A DNA stretch of 64,000 bases, taken from contig CM052816.1 in the NCBI GenBank assembly GCA_028534125.1, positions 59,460,001 through 59,524,000 of the forward strand. Direction: 5' to 3'. The notes beneath the pieces are model-generated. The model worked only from the letters and a program-made list of their open reading frames with translations. It was not told where the DNA came from and ran no database searches. Shown piece by piece: positions 12,331-25,296 of this stretch. Numbering within the stretch: position 1 is the stretch's first letter; each line of letters begins with the position of its first letter. Position numbers and translations under genes: made by a program. Source of the stretch: Lama glama (taxonomy: Eukaryota).

Positions 12331-12984
12331 GCCTGTGGACCCCACAATGTATTAAGTAGGGGTCACTTTGGTCAGGGAATTCAGTGTCATTTTCAGTACC
12401 ATGAGTGTCCACTATACACTGAGCACTGAGGATAGAGGTGGATTCTCAGTAAAACTAATCAACCTTAAACTTCATGGCTGCTTACTTTCACAGGCCCCTT
12501 CTAAGGTTCTGGGTTTCCTCCTCAGGGATTTGGGATTCATCTGGATACCTGTACTGGTGTCCCAGCCAGGGGGGTGCCCACTATATACTGATCTGTAGGT
12601 GAGGTCAGTGGGCCGCCAGTCACCCCTTCACTTTTGCTGGCCCTCAATGATATTCTACACCATGTGGCTTCCCTAAAAGTATCCCAAACCTAATTCTGGC
12701 ATCAAGAAGATTCTAAATAAGATGCTGCTCCCTCTTTACCCAGGGCCCTCCAGACTAAGGCTCCACCATGAGCACTTTTTGCCCTACAATCCCCCTCCCC
12801 CATCCCAGGACCACTAACAGGATGCTGGACCTGGCTGAGCTGGACCAGCTGCTGATGCAATGGCCAAATGGCCAGCTGGAGCCCTCTCCAGTGATATGAA
12901 AGGTCTGGAGCTTCTGAGGGCTTCTCCTAGGACACGAGGCACCTTCAGATCAAGAAACTGTTTCAGCAGTGGCATGACCAACAA

Positions 12985-13395
12985 GTTCTGAAGCTGATGG
13001 AAACTCTTCTAAACCATCAATAACAAAAAACATATTGCTATCTACGATGCCAGAAAAAAAGACAAAATTATCTTTCTATTCTCTATGCAAAATGGTATTA
13101 TAAAAATTTTATCATGTGAAGAAAAGGTCAAAGAGTACAAAGCCTGAAATATGGGGAAAAGATGTATTATAGAGGCGGGTCAAGCAGTTAGGTTGTAATA
13201 GTAACAATAACTGTTAATTAATACTAATGATAATAATGCTCTTTTTCTGGATGTTTTTTAGAATTTGGAATTTGCTATGGTTTTTTTTTCATTCAAAATA
13301 GATATACCCCTTGAACCTAATTTCATATTAACTTTCATAAAGAGGGCTCCATATCTGAGAAGCTTCAGGGCTGGTAAATTTCTGGACCTACCCTG
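12985..13395 (+). mobile_element. Zaphod/MER115-like hAT-Tip100 DNA transposon 3' end
   Basis: gaagctgatggaaactcttctaaaccatcaataacaaaaaac...aattatctttctattctc is a decayed hAT dimerisation-domain tail (EAERxFSKL...LSILS). Ends aagcttcagggc...ctggacctaccctg. May extend left to ~12740. Confidence 0.75.
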
Positions 13396-13869
13396 ACAGC
13401 TCTTTTTCCCGAACAAGTGGGCAGGAGAAAGAACATAAGAAGTCACCAAAATCACCAGAAACCAATTCCCAGTTTTTCTTTACTCCATTAAATCTTCACC
13501 CTCTCATATTTGGTCTCTTAAAAAACCTTAGAAGAGTCAAATGTCAATAATGAGTATTCAAAATATCTCATACAAAAGACCTGCCTGACCCGACCTCACT
13601 GAAAAATCAAGACCCAATCCTCTCTCCCTAATTTGGAAGAAGACAGACTTGCTTGGATTGGTTTTTGGAACGGGAATTACTTTAGAAGTGCAGAGTTCCA
13701 GAAACTGAAGAGCGTATCTTTTTTTTAGTACATTTCTTTAAAAATTGGTTATTAACACAGAGGCAGCGGCTATCAAATGTCTTCCTACAACACATCAACC
13801 GCTATTTTCCATCTATTTGGGAGGGAAGGGCAGGGCTGAGAGCCAGTGAAGGGAAGAGAAATGACTGCC

Positions 13870-14085
13870 CATTTTGTTGCAACAAAACCAAAGGACTCTT
13901 GATTTATCAGTACATTTGGCACACTCTTTTTCACGGGTTGTGCGGGGAGCAAAGGGGTGGTGGAAATTAAGGGTTGTAAATTTTATAAATCAAGCCCTCT
14001 AAAGTAGGCCAATTGGTCAGCTGCAAACTTGGCAGCGTCGTGAAGCATGTGTGCTGGGGCAGCCTCAGAACACAATGTTCTGGTT
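13870..14085. promoter_or_regulatory. Enhancer-like motif cluster with a perfect steroid response element (GRE/ARE/PRE/MRE class)
   Basis: AGAACAcaaTGTTCT at 14067-14081; TTGGCA half-sites at 13916 and 14029; inverted TGATTTAT pair at 13900-13907 and 13985-13992; non-repetitive context. Confidence 0.6.
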
Positions 14086-14225
14086 CACTCTGGGAGCAAA
14101 GGCAAGTGGAGTAAGGGCTCAACCCAGGGCAGAGAAAGGGCTCAGCACAGACATGCAAGACGGCTGAGAAACAAAGGAGACACTAAGGAAAAAGGGCAAC
14201 ATCCTTAGTCTGATGATCACAAAAA

Positions 14226-14267
14226 GTGTGTGTGTGTATGTGTAAGAGAGAGAGACAGACAGACACA
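14226..14267. repeat. Compound (TG)n/(GA)n/(GACA)n microsatellite
   Basis: Seen directly. Confidence 0.85.
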
Positions 14268-15997
14268 AAGATTAAGATTAAAGCCCCCGAGAGAGGTGCT
14301 TTGATTCTGATGTTTACTGAAACTAAATTCTGGAAAATTCAGAGCAGTTGTATGATTAATGATTAAAAGTAATAACTGAATGTTTTATGTAAGAGTAGTG
14401 ATGAAATTTTGCAAAAGTCCTTGGGAATAATGCTGAGTCTACAAACTTTGAACCCTAAAGATGTGTGGCATGAAGAGAAAAAGAATATTAAAAGAAAAAA
14501 AAAAAACCAAAACCTGAAACACAGACTCTTTTAGCTCCAAATTTCATAAGGACCTGCCAGGGCTTTTTCAAAACCACATCTACATTTCATATTGTTTTAA
14601 TAATTGCTTGGCTGCTATTGAATAAGATAATAATGTGTAATATATAAAAATAACTTAAAATAGTTGGCATGTGTGAGTATCCAGCCTTCTTAGACATTTT
14701 CAAATGGTTTATAAGAAAGTAAACTGAACACTTAAAGTGCAAAAAAAATAGTGTTAACAGTTCAAGAAAAACAAAGAGCCAATAGTAAATCATACTTTAA
14801 TTCATAAAACATTCTGTGGAATGGTACTGACTGCCCATAATCTTGAGATTTTTATTTTCATTCAAGTGATTTTGAATTGTGCTGTAGTGATATTCCATCA
14901 GAGAATCATTTACAATTGATAGCATGCCATGAATAAGTTCACGTATGTTTTTCTTCAAATATCCAGTACTGTCATAAGCTTGAAAGGACTGAGATCAAAC
15001 TAGTGATAATTGCTTAATTCCAAATGTACACTATCATTTAAAATTTTTAAGTTGAAAATAATTTAAGGAATGTCTCTATCTTTGATTTACTGCCGAGAAG
15101 TTCAAGTTTAAATGCAAAAATAGTTTTTACTTAATAGCATCTCTTCCTTCTCCCCATAGGGAAAAAAAGGTACCTTATTTATCAGTGTTAAAAACCAGAG
15201 ACTGGAGTGGCCAAGACTCAGCTGGTCTTTGTAAAGAAGTTTATAGCTTTCAGCTGAAATCTCTAAGTGAGAATTCTCATTCTCAGCTGCTGGCTCCCAT
15301 AGAGCTCCCTGTGGCCTCTGACCCCATTTCCATGGAGACAGAGGTGGGAAGGGTAAAAGTAAGTTAAGGGGGAAACTTTTACTTTGAAGGCAGTATTTCC
15401 AAATCCCTATTCCTCTAATACTAATGAGTGTCCAAGTTAAAACTGGACACACATCCCTCACTGAAATTCACTTTGTCCTTCAGGGCTAAATGGCTGAAAA
15501 TAAGGTATCTGATTACAAAGGTATGTTTGCATTAATAAAAGAAAATACCCCCTGTTTGGTACTGTTCAATTTAAACTCAAAATCGAAGCTCACAATGAAG
15601 ATAAGATGGCTGCTTCCATTTAACACGGGAACAAGAATCCTACCGTTTTCCGGGGTCTGGTTTTTTGGTTGAGAGCTGTGACTGTTAAGTGTGAGAACAC
15701 TGCAGATTTCTGTAATGGGGGCGGGAGGGTTGGCTGGTGTTGCCCCAAATGTCAGAAAGCTGGGATCTTCATCAGGAGAATTACAAAAAATGGTTTGCCT
15801 CACATATATCAGTTAATCCATTGCTTTGCTGTAAGCTTCCCCTCCTGATCATCTAACTGAGCATAGTAAAAATAAATAGGATGCCACAACTCCCGTTATA
15901 ACCACCAGGTCTACAGCCGGTGACCACCAGCCATTCAGGGAGTCATTACTGCTACTGGACAATGAATCTTCTCACTTAACGACAGACTCTTAGGAAA

Positions 15998-16228
15998 CAA
16001 CTTTTTATTAGGGGAAAATTCAAACACACACAAAATCAGGGAGATGAGTCTGAGGAGCCCCATGGACTTGGCAATCTTTAATTCATGGCCACTCTAGTTT
16101 TATCCATGCCAGCACATATTCCTCTATTATTCTGAAGCAAATCTTTGGTATTTTTATCCATGAATATTTTAGTATGTATTTATAAAATATAAGAACTCAT
16201 TAAAAAAAAACACAACACCATTACTACA
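15998..16228 (-). mobile_element. Old L1 3' end (L1MC4/5-like)
   Basis: aactttttattaggggaaaattcaaacacacacaaaa...ttattctgaagcaaatc...atattttagtatgtat. Confidence 0.65.
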
Positions 16229-16237
16229 TTTTTGTGT

Positions 16238-16385
16238 GTGTACTTACCATATGCCAAACTTTGTTCTGCCTACTTGTCTTATTTAATTCTCACAACAACC
16301 CAGTCAGGTAGGTGCTGTTACCCGAATTTTACAGAAAAGGAGGTGAAGGCACAGATGGGTCAGACAACAGCTAGTAAGCGGTGCA
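16238..16385 (-). mobile_element. MIR
   Basis: tcttatttaattctcacaacaacccagtcaggtaggtgctgttacccgaattttacagaaaaggaggtgaaggcacaga. Confidence 0.75.
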
Positions 16386-16479
16386 TCCAATTAGGAGGAT
16401 GCATTCACTCACTCTCCCATTTACTTGCGGACTTTTTAAAAAATCTTTATATTTATCAATCTATGCATCTACAGATCCA

Positions 16480-16760
16480 TTTGTTTGAATAAATAATAAT
16501 TTTCATGGCTCAAAACTCAACAGGTTCAAAATGGTATATGTGGAAAAATCTGTGTGCCCTCTGTCCCCCTACCATCAGTTCTCATCTCTAGAGGCAAGTA
16601 ATATTTTTGACTTCCTAGGATCCTTCCCTCTGTATTTTATACAAACACAAGCAAATGCCTATCCTTCCCCTCTTATTTTGACATGAAAGGCCACATACTA
16701 TACACACTATTCTGCATTTCTGGCTTTCACTTGGCATATTTTGGAGCGTTATTGTTCTTG
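16480..16760 (-). mobile_element. Old L1ME 3' end fragment
   Basis: catactatacacactattctgcatttctggctttcacttggcatattttggag. Confidence 0.55.
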
Positions 16761-17289
16761 TTTACATGGGGCCCACACTGCTCCATCCTGCCCATTCACA
16801 TTGGGAAGCAAACCCAGGTCTGAATCTCTTGTCTCTCAATCTTAACTTTCATGTAAATATTTAATGTTGACCTGGAACTCCCATGTTTTCCTCATTCAGA
16901 TTTTGAACCTGCCTGAGTACTCCTTAAAATCAATTCATTCTGCTATCATTGCCTTAGGCAATGCATGGAAACATACTTTAAAAGAATACTCTGAATTGTG
17001 TTGCCTGAGAGCCTACCAAAGTTTCATTTAAAAATTACCTAATGCGATAATTAACCAGCCTGTAGATGTTCTTTATTCCTTTCATTTTGGAGTAACAATT
17101 GAAAGTGTTCTCAAAGAGGATATAACATAACTTGCAGTAAAAGTCACTATCAACTAATGTAGTGTAATACAAATAAAAAGGCTGGAAAAATATTTTTAAA
17201 CGTCTTCTCAAAGAATTTCTAATGACAGGGGTTTGAGGTCATAATTGCCAGTATCTATATAGTGTTTAAAATGTTCCCAAATTGGCATT

Positions 17290-18920
17290 GTCCCCAGATG
17301 CTAAGCAGAAGCAAACACACATCCTCCTTAAACCCAGGCTTCAAATGAATTCCTAAGGGGCAAGTTCCAGGGAACATCAGCCATCATCATTTTCTCTGCC
17401 CCCACTTCCCAAATCATAGTAACGTGGAGAAACAAGCCACCGTGAGGAAGAGTCAGCAAAACAACCAGAGAAACAGACTCACAAAGACAAGAGACACTGG
17501 AATTGTCAGGTATAAATAAAGTTAAAAAAAAAAAAGGATTTGAAAAGGAGTGAAAATATATAAAAGAGAGGTCTAGAGATACTGAGCATGGGGTCAGATG
17601 ATCCTGTCTAATGAGGCTGCTAGGAAATATAGAAAATTAACAGAATTTAAGTTACATGAAAATTGTAGAAGTGAGTTGTTGTCTCTATGAAAAGACCGGT
17701 TCTTAGATTCAGGCATCCCGACAAACCTAGGCAAATTAAATAGCAATCTACATTCAGACACATTATAGAGAAACTAGAAGCAAAACAAAAAAGTAAAAAG
17801 AATATCAGTTTGAGAGAAAGGTTTAGTACAAAATAAACCACACAACAATTAGACAGTTGACTTTTCAACAACACAGAAATGGGAAGATATTAGAATACTG
17901 TTTTTAAACTGCTGAAGATAAAGTAACAGTCATGGTAGAACTATTTACCCAGTAAAACTGTCATTTACAAATAGAATGAAATAGAGAATTATTTACAAAT
18001 AGGATGAAATAGAGAATTTTCATACAGAAACTGAGAGAAATTGCTACCACCAGATCTTCACTAAAAGAACTCCTACATGACAGAATTCATGAAGGATCCC
18101 CAAAGACTTAAATTACAAGGAAAAATAATAAGCATCGAAAGTAGTAATGTGTTGGTATCTAAACACAAACAATGGAATAAAGTAATAATGTCTAGCTTAT
18201 GGAGTTAAGAAATAAATTTAAAAACAAAAATCCTCAATTAAGAAAACATATGTCAGGAGACATGCCATTCAACATTAAAACATCATATGCTTCTTATATT
18301 GTTTTGAGTAGAACTGCTGAATTAAATTTAGACTCTAAAAAAATTAAATGTGTATTAAGGTTATTTCTAGGAAATGCACTAGTGTAAAAGTGTAAAACAA
18401 GCAAAGGGAAAAAAATGCAATGAGGAAGAAGTAAATCTCAATTTAACCCAAAGAAGTAAAAAGAGGAAAAAAATTGAAAAACCAGAGCAAATACAATGTG
18501 AAATTAAGATAGTAGAAAGGAAAATAGACAATTCAAAATCAATACGGGGGACTAAACTCCTCAATCAGAAGACTATTAGTTTGGATTTTTTTAAGGTAAT
18601 ATGTTGTTTTACAAGTGCTACATTCAACCAAAACTTCAGTACAGAGAAAGAATAAAAGTCAAAGGATGGACAACTAGACAATTAACAGGGAAGGAAAAAA
18701 AGTTAGCAAGACTATTCTAATATCACACAAAAGAGACTAAGTCTGAATATATAACCAAAAATAATGTGAATCATTATTTTTTATAAAAGTTTCAGTTCAC
18801 CAGGAAAATACAACAATTCTAATGTATAATGTATAATGTGACTTCAAAATATACAAAATATACAAACTAAATATGGAAGACCTACCAGAAGAAACTGACA
18901 AATCCATGATCACACTAGAT
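17290..18920 (+). mobile_element. Ancient L1 (L1M/L1ME) ORF1 and start of ORF2, highly decayed
   Basis: aaacaagccaccgtgaggaagagtcagc; ORF1 C-terminal-like tagaactatttacccagtaaaactgtcattt; endonuclease-like cagttcaccaggaaaatacaacaattcta and gaagaaactgacaaatcca. Confidence 0.65.
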
Positions 18921-19111
18921 CTGTGGTTCTCACACTTGAGGGTACATGAGAATCACACTTGCAGGGCTTTTTAAAACACAGATTGCTGGGCCTACCCCTA
19001 TAGTTTCTGATTCAATGGTTTCTGAGATGGGGCTCAAGAACTCGTATTTCGAGCAAGTTCCCATACAGTGCTAATGCCACTGGTCCAGGGCTCACTCTGT
19101 GAGAACCACTG
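18921..19111. mobile_element. MER5A (hAT-Charlie MITE)
   Basis: Terminal inverted repeats ctgtggttctc...gagaaccactg; internal ttaaaacacagattgctgggcc; flanks cactagat/ctctagaa fit the 8-bp nTCTAGAn hAT target. Confidence 0.9.
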
Positions 19112-19119
19112 CTCTAGAA

Positions 19120-19580
19120 AAGTCTGCACCCATGCAGCAAGAGTCATGTACATGAAAGTTTACGCCAGCACTGGTCATTACTGAAAAGTCTCGACAACAA
19201 CAAGTTAGTCAGTCAATATCAAAAACCATAAATAGCTTAGAGTATATTCAGACAAATGAATACTATAGAGTGATGACGAAGAAGAACGTCTAAGAAAAGA
19301 CACAAAAAGTAGGATTTCACTTATATATAGTTCAAGGCAAAACAAATTAAAAGATTGTGTAGGGATAAAACCATAAAGAAAAGCAAAACAATCAACAACC
19401 CAGTAACAGGGATAGCAGTTTCTTCTATGAGCTGGGGGTGGGGAGATGAAAGTTTGAAGAGTAATGTTCTATTTCTTAAACTGGGAGGTGAATTATTTGA
19501 TGCTTATTTTATTCTAAGTTGTACAGATACATGATGCATACTTTTTACATCTAAGGTATAGTCCCCAGTGAAAAGTTAGA
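19120..19580 (+). mobile_element. L1ME 3' end
   Basis: ggatttcacttatatatagttcaaggcaaaac...taatgttctatttcttaaactgggaggtg. Confidence 0.65.
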
Positions 19581-20049
19581 AGGTAATGAAACCAGATGGT
19601 ACGCAAGAAGGAGAAAATCACTCTAACCGAAGTGGTCAAGAGCGGAATTCACAAGGAACTAGGATTTGAGCCATTACTGAAAGCTTGGTAGCGAAGACTC
19701 GGAGGGGTGGGAGATATTTTAACGTTGGCCAAATGAGAATGACATGATCAAGGGGTAAGAAGTAGAGCAATCTGGCCAGAAAGGATTGTTCCTGTGGGAT
19801 AAAGCAGGATCAGGCTGGAAAGGGAAGTTGGAGCAAATTCTTAATTCAATTAATTATATAAAGTCAGAATTTTAAGGAAATAGGACACACAGCAGATGCA
19901 TCTTGATGTCAGGGAAAGTCAGCAATGTGGCTTCGCCCTGTCTCTCCACAGAGAAAATTCAAATAGCACCATTCACCAGAGATTCCTGGGCAGAAGTCTA
20001 GTTGTGCAGTCAGACCCACCTACACGGACAGTGAAGCATCCTTGACTTG

Positions 20050-21035
20050 CTAACTTCCATTTTTTATATTTATCAATGTCACTGAAAACCTGCATGTGTA
20101 GTTTTAAATCAGTAACTCTGTAAGATTTATAATAATGACCCTTTTCTAACTCTGCCCATTCTTGAATTTTACTACCTAGAGGCACTACTTTCACATTTTT
20201 AGGCTCTTTCTTCTGGTTTTAACTTCCATGATTCAAAATAACATACCTATACTGCGACTTCTTGATTTAGACATGATTTTTCTCTACTGGATTAGGATTT
20301 GGCTCTTTTATAACTACCACCACTAGACTCTAGCCCACACAACACTTTACCACCACTATACTCCCAACATAAATCTTTCATGATTTTTGGCTAAGTCAAT
20401 GTACAGTGTTTACATTACTATTATCATTTAAAAATTGTTCTCAGCTGAGCCATGCAGCACACTGAACACATTTCTTTTCTTGTATAACTTTAAAATTTTC
20501 TAGAAGTTAATTGCCTCTTTTACATTTGCATAGTTTTCTATTTATCCATTAATTTATCCTCAAACTCTCCATTCAGGTCTCTAAAATTTCTCTCAATATG
20601 GTACAATTCAATAGGGAATTTCCGTGTACCATTTTTCCCCCATTGGAGATGTCCTTCTTGGACGACTCCATTTTGTTTCAATCTTCTTTACTAAATTATT
20701 ATCCCAAGACTACCTTCAGTAACATCCTAGAAATTCTTATCACCTTTCTTCTGTTGGATACCATCTTCCTTTTTATTCTGAGCACATAAAGTGGGGCTTA
20801 TCAAATGGTAGACTTTTTGGTACACAAGACTCATCTGGTTCTTTGGGGAACCCCAAACACCTGTTATTTTTAAGTATTGTTATCTCATGGCTTATCAGTT
20901 TTCTCAGACAGAATCAGGGTCTTGGCTGCCATGGGTGTACCATGGAAAGGCCTGGGGGAAGGAAGCAGGTTTACTCATTAGTATAAATTTCCTTAATCAT
21001 TCTGTTTTCAGTACAGAGCCTTAATTTTGCCTTCA
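20050..21035 (-). mobile_element. HAL1-like element, decayed
   Basis: ttctggttttaacttccatgattcaaaataacatacctatactgcgacttcttgattt and cttggctgcc...cttaatcattctgttttcagtacag resemble HAL1 antisense. Confidence 0.6.
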
Positions 21036-21622
21036 AATGTTACAGAAGTCTAAAAAAAAATTGCCTTTTTCTGTCTAGTTGGATTAAGGTTTAAAGTCAT
21101 CAAATCATAAAGCCATCAAGATTTTAAAGGGTAAACAAATTAAATTTTATAGTCAACGGATATTTATTGAGTGCCTAATTTGAACCCAGCATTGTGTTGG
21201 AAACTGAGTGCATACTTCTTTGCCAAACTCCTTGGAAGTGGAATCTATTATTTAAGGTGAAAAAAGAATCAGAAAGCAGTGCTGACTACAAGGTTTCAAA
21301 CTTATTACTCCAAGAGGATTTACACTATATGTGGAAATAACTTCAAAAAAGATACAGGTGAGCCCACACATGTCAGCTCCATCAAGAAAAACTAAAATGA
21401 CAGAGATATGTACTTAACCTCTGAGACTCTTGGCAAGGAAAACTACCATATTTTCCCACAACTTTGGTGGTTGTGAGAGGTGTGTTTCTAGAATGCCATG
21501 TGCAGTTCTTTGGATCTACTGAGTCCTAGTTTGAAGAAGTGTATCTTCTATTCTGTAAGTCTATCAGAAGATATTTTCTATATTATTCAAATGAAGTGTA
21601 GGGTAGAATGATTTTCATACAT

Positions 21623-22772
21623 CAGCAGTTCTCAAAGTTAGCCTGTGGGCCTCTGGAGGTCCCCAAAGTCAAAAACACTTTTTATAATAATTCTAAAATG
21701 TTATTTGCCTTTTCACTGTGTTGATATTTACGCCAACAGTGTAATTCCTGCTGGTGCCTGAGCATGAACCAAGACAGTGGCATCAAACTATGCTAGCAGA
21801 CACTGAATTCATCCATATCAGGCACTTGCAGGAGGGAAAAAAAAAGAGGCAGTTTCACTTAAGACTGTCTTTGATTAAAGATAAATGACTTATCTTATTA
21901 GATCTCAACTATTAAGTAGGCTTAAAAAAATATTCTGTGTGACGAAATAGGAAAGGCACACCAGACACCTCTGCTGCACACTAAAGTGGGATGGTTGTCT
22001 TGAGGGAAAGAGCAGGTCTAATTGTATGGGCTGCAAAGCTAAATAGCCATTTTTCACAGAACACAAGTTTTTGTTTGAAAGAACGACTGACAGACAAATT
22101 ATGGTTATTCATCCTTGAGTATCTGTCAAACATTTTCTCAAAAATTAATGATGGGAGCCTGTCACTCCAAGGGAAACAACTGGCAGTATTTGTGGCTCAC
22201 TATGAAATCCAAGCTCTCAAGTGGAAATGAGATCTTTTGGAAATTCACATCCACTGCTGTGAGTTTGACAACGTCCTAATACTTGGAGACAATGCTGATG
22301 AGATTGGTGGTGATGTTAAATGATCAGAATTTTTTGATATTAAAACAACAAACTTGATAATGTGTTAAAAATTTTAGAAGCAGCTCAAAACTCAACCAAT
22401 ATTTTTCACAGGACCAATGGTAAAAGAGCCATTCCAAGTGAAAGACAGATAAGAGGATTTTTAACTTTAAAAGAAGTTTTTGTAGGTTATTTTTCCTTTT
22501 TAATTTTAATCTAATTTTAACACCTTACTTATGGTATGATTCCTAAGAGTAAACTACACATATTTCAGATACAGAATTTGATGGAATTTTGATACATGTA
22601 TACACCAATGAAACCACCACCACAATCAAGATAGCTAACATTTCCGTCACTCCCCAAGAAGTACAAATTTTGAATTCCCAATTTATCCCTTTCTACTCAA
22701 CATAAACAAAAGCTCTTTGAGGTTTTCAGTTTTTAAATGTTAAGGAGTCCTGAGAATCTAAAGTATGAGAAT
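21623..22772 (+). mobile_element. Charlie1-family hAT DNA transposon remnant
   Basis: Starts cagcagttctcaaa. ctgctgcacactaaagtgggatggttgtcttgagggaaa is a decayed LLHTEVRWLSRGK. ORF 21991-22230 has LKERLTDKLWLF..YLSNIFSKIND.SLSLQGK. Ends gagtcctgagaatctaaagtatgagaa. Confidence 0.9.
22478..22655 (-). mobile_element. L1 3' end (L1MB/L1MC-like) inserted in Charlie1
   Basis: T-rich tail then ttttgatacatgtatacaccaatgaaaccaccaccacaatcaagata; aagaagt on both sides (22471-22477, 22656-22662). Confidence 0.8.
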
Positions 22773-22899
22773 TAAACTAACCTAATTAGTCTTTCTGTTC
22801 ATGGTTTAATCTTAAATTGAGTTAGAGGTCTGGGTGGGTGGAAGAGACCAATTTGGAGGCAATGACCAAGAGTATCAATTTAAAAAAAAATTGGCAAAG

Positions 22900-23131
22900 C
22901 AACGGTTCTAAAGTAGGGGTGATATTGATCACCCTCCCCTCCAGGGACACTTGAAATGTCTGTAGACATTTTTGGTTCTCACACCAGGTGGACAGAGGTT
23001 GAGAGGAGAGGTGCTTTGGCATCTAGTGTGTAGAGGTCAGGGATGCTGCCAAACATCTTACCATGTACAGGATAGCCTTCCAACAACAAAGAATTATCCA
23101 GCACAAAATGTCAGTGGTGCTGAGAAACCCT
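22900..23131. mobile_element. MER20 (hAT-Charlie)
   Basis: ccagggacacttgaaatgtctgtagacatttttgg...ggcatctagtgtgtagaggtcagggatgctgccaaacatc...aaagaattatccagcacaaaatgtca...gagaaaccct. Confidence 0.92.
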
Positions 23132-23768
23132 TCAGTTAACTACAGTAGATAGATACAAGAACTGCCTGTCAAAATAAAACAGTGAAGCTAAATCACTTAA
23201 GTGTATGCATCTAAAACATCATATTTTTCAATCAAGATACATACGGATCAGCAAAGGATAGCAGGTTTAAGCCATGAAACTGTTTTCTGATTTACCACTG
23301 AGACCAGTCTGTAATTTTCTAAAGGCAAATAAAAGGCTAATGTTTATGGTCTGGACTATCAATAAAAACTCTAATACATGTTTGGAAGTTCATTCTATCT
23401 CATGTTCAACATATAACTCAAGTCTAGTAGTGTGTATCTGTATCTGAACTTCTGAGTGAATATAAGCAAATGTGAGGCCAGTAAGTCTGAATGGGAATTA
23501 AAAACACACAGTAAATAACATCTTGTGATCTGACTTAAGACAACATTTGAAGGTTCCCCAATCATTCATAAAATATAGGACTTAAAGAATTAGCAAGACT
23601 CACAACAACATTAAAAACAGAATAGTTTTACTATTCTGTTTAGTACTAAGGGAGCTAGTTAACGACTGTTGGGCCAAGTAATGACATTGTTTTGGTAGAA
23701 AGGAATTACAGACTTCTAGACTCTCGCAGTAGGTAGGATCATCATATCAGTCCGTTAGTCGTACCTAC

Positions 23769-24224
23769 TGTTGTGGGTTGACTCGTGTGCTCTCCCTGCT
23801 CCTTAACCCTTGGCTGAAGTCCCAACCCTCTATACCTGTGAATGTTATCTTGTTTGGAAATAGGGTCTCTGCAGATGTAGTCATGTTAAGATGAAGTCAT
23901 ACTGGATGACTGGGCCGTATACACAATGACTGGTATCCTTGTAAGGAGACAGATTTGGAGGCACATACAGAGGGAAAAAGTCCACATGAAGACAGGAGTA
24001 GAGATTGGAGGAATGTAGTTACAAGCCAAGGAACAGTAAGGATTTCTGGCAACCACCAGAAACTAGGAAGAAGCAAGAAATGATCCTTCCTTAGAGCCTT
24101 CAGAGGGAGCATGGCCCTACTGCTACTTTGATTTTGGACTTCTAGAACTGTGAGACAAATTTCTGCTGTTTTAAACCATCCAGCTTGTGGTACATTGTTA
24201 CAGCAGTCTAAGGAAATTAATACA
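23769..24224 (+). mobile_element. MLT1C-like MaLR solo LTR
   Basis: TG...CA termini; acctgtgaatgttatcttgtttggaaatagggtctctgcagatgta; ccaccagaaactaggaaga; ctac on both flanks. Confidence 0.9.
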
Positions 24225-25296
24225 CTACCAACCTATACCAAAATGTCTTCTTCAAACCTCTTGCAGACTGTTTTCTGGCCTCGGCCTTCGAAGGTCCAGT
24301 GACAAGGCACTCACTACCTAAAAAACAGGTTCATGGCTGAATGGTTCTAAAAGCTATAAAGTTCTCTACATAATGAGCAAATAGACTTTTCTGCTTGGTT
24401 GGTTAAATTATTTTTATCAACCATTGTCTAGAATTCTGTCATCTACAATACCTATACCTATCATGCTATATGTTGGCAAATGGGTCACTCAACGTGCATC
24501 TTATCCAAACACAGAAACTGAGATCCCCAAAGTCTACACCAACTCATCTTCAGAGCAGAAAGTAGCATAAATGTATGAAGTAGTCCACTTAGTTCATAAG
24601 AAGCTATGGGTCTTGCAAATGAGGATGGGTGGCATCACCTCAAGCCATTCAAATTTACTTTAAAAAGTTTGCAAGGAGAATTAGGCTCACGGGGTAGGGG
24701 TCCAGTTTTCAAAAAAAGGCTAAGTGACTTTTTGACCTTCATAAAGTTAGTAGCAGAAATAGATAAGAATCCAGTTCATTACACAAAACTAGTGGTTTTC
24801 TGACTCCTATGCAACGTCCCTTCCTTGAGTACACTGCTGAAGTACCTATCATTTAATTCATTGTGTACCACCCCTTGTGAGGTGAGATCTTTATATAAAG
24901 TGTTTAATAAATGCTCAGCAATTAGTTTACTCCCGTGCCATTGAGGGTCCTTCTTTCATAGCAATTGAAATTCTATTTATAATAAATTCACTCAGTATTC
25001 ACGTGGGTGATGCATACATTTCAAAATGTTCAGCTGCAATTTGGATCTAATTAGCTGACACTTTGACTACTGCCAAAAGTTTTTTTTATTTAGGAGTGGA
25101 TTGGCTGTTTCAACAACAAATCCTCAAAAACATCTGTAGGATAAAGTCAACTGACAAAAATATTTATGTTACAGTTTTCAGCTGTGACATAAGGGGACAT
25201 TCCGTCTTATGTGCTTTGCATTCATTGCAAGAGCTTTGGCCACGAGAATGCTCTGTAGGATGGGCTTTCCTCAATATCATCTGGTCTTACCCTTCC

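Noticed and set aside
19964..19973. TAGCACCATT, resembling the miR-29 5' end
   Set aside because: The match stops after 10 nt and I see no precursor hairpin.
21991..22230. Possible domesticated hAT transposase
   Set aside because: Short fragment with an in-frame stop in the RWLSRG motif, frameshifts and an L1 insertion; a dead Charlie1 copy.
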